A DNA stretch of 63,530 bases, filler included, from Reticulomyxa filosa (taxonomy: Eukaryota > Protista > Foraminifera), in NCBI GenBank assembly GCA_000512085.1. It is 26 parts of 26 records of this genome, joined end to end, with 100 filler letters (N's around TTAATTAATTAA, not from the genome) between each part and the next. Parts side by side here need not be neighbours in the genome. Positions count along the whole stretch, not along the records: positions 62,444 to 63,530 come from ASPP01009437.1; 25 more parts are not named here. The stretch is one strand, 5' to 3'. Below are positions 63,491-63,530 of the stretch, piece by piece (position 1 is the first letter of the stretch; every line of letters begins with the position of its first letter). The notes under the pieces were generated by a model that made no database searches, was not told the origin of the DNA, and saw only the letters and a list, made by a program, of their open reading frames with translations. The translations under genes and the position numbers were made by a program.

Positions 63491-63530
<40 letters not shown>

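Noticed and set aside
1-63530. rRNA, tRNA, spliced-leader RNA, telomeric repeats or CRISPR arrays
   Set aside because: None was recognised by eye. A tRNAscan-SE or Infernal run would be needed to exclude small RNAs.

Overview
This is not contiguous DNA. It is 26 short contigs joined by an artificial 100-bp linker (44 N + TTAATTAATTAA + 44 N), so nothing can be inferred from adjacency across a linker. Twenty-five contigs are AT-rich eukaryotic DNA with GT-AG introns and long poly-A/T, (TA)n and (CA)n tracts. Their WD40 family and heavy pseudogene load resemble the foraminiferan Reticulomyxa filosa (inferred from sequence style, not from a search). One contig (29346-30464) is GC-rich alphaproteobacterial DNA carrying yqeY-dnaG. 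Apparently intact or gap-truncated genes: sulfurtransferase, Ser/Thr kinase, SAM/coiled-coil protein, Tudor-knot protein, PKDCC-like kinase, Sec7-family N-terminal region, divergent actin, giant SPRY-HECT E3, prolyl 4-hydroxylase and several orphans. Decayed loci: WD40 copies, an RNF213-like AAA+ ATPase, a WWE-WWE-RING E3, a CAX antiporter, exosome RRP43 and a TPR protein. Mobile DNA: a CRE-like retroelement, an RNase H-bearing LINE and a family of TA-CAGT Tc1/mariner-type ends. The best candidate for an undescribed system is a decayed, intron-containing gene (about 20260-21590, minus) fusing a Cys-rich Zn-binding module to a RelA/SpoT-like nucleotidyltransferase domain. It may be the effector end of a protist NLR-like immune receptor family.
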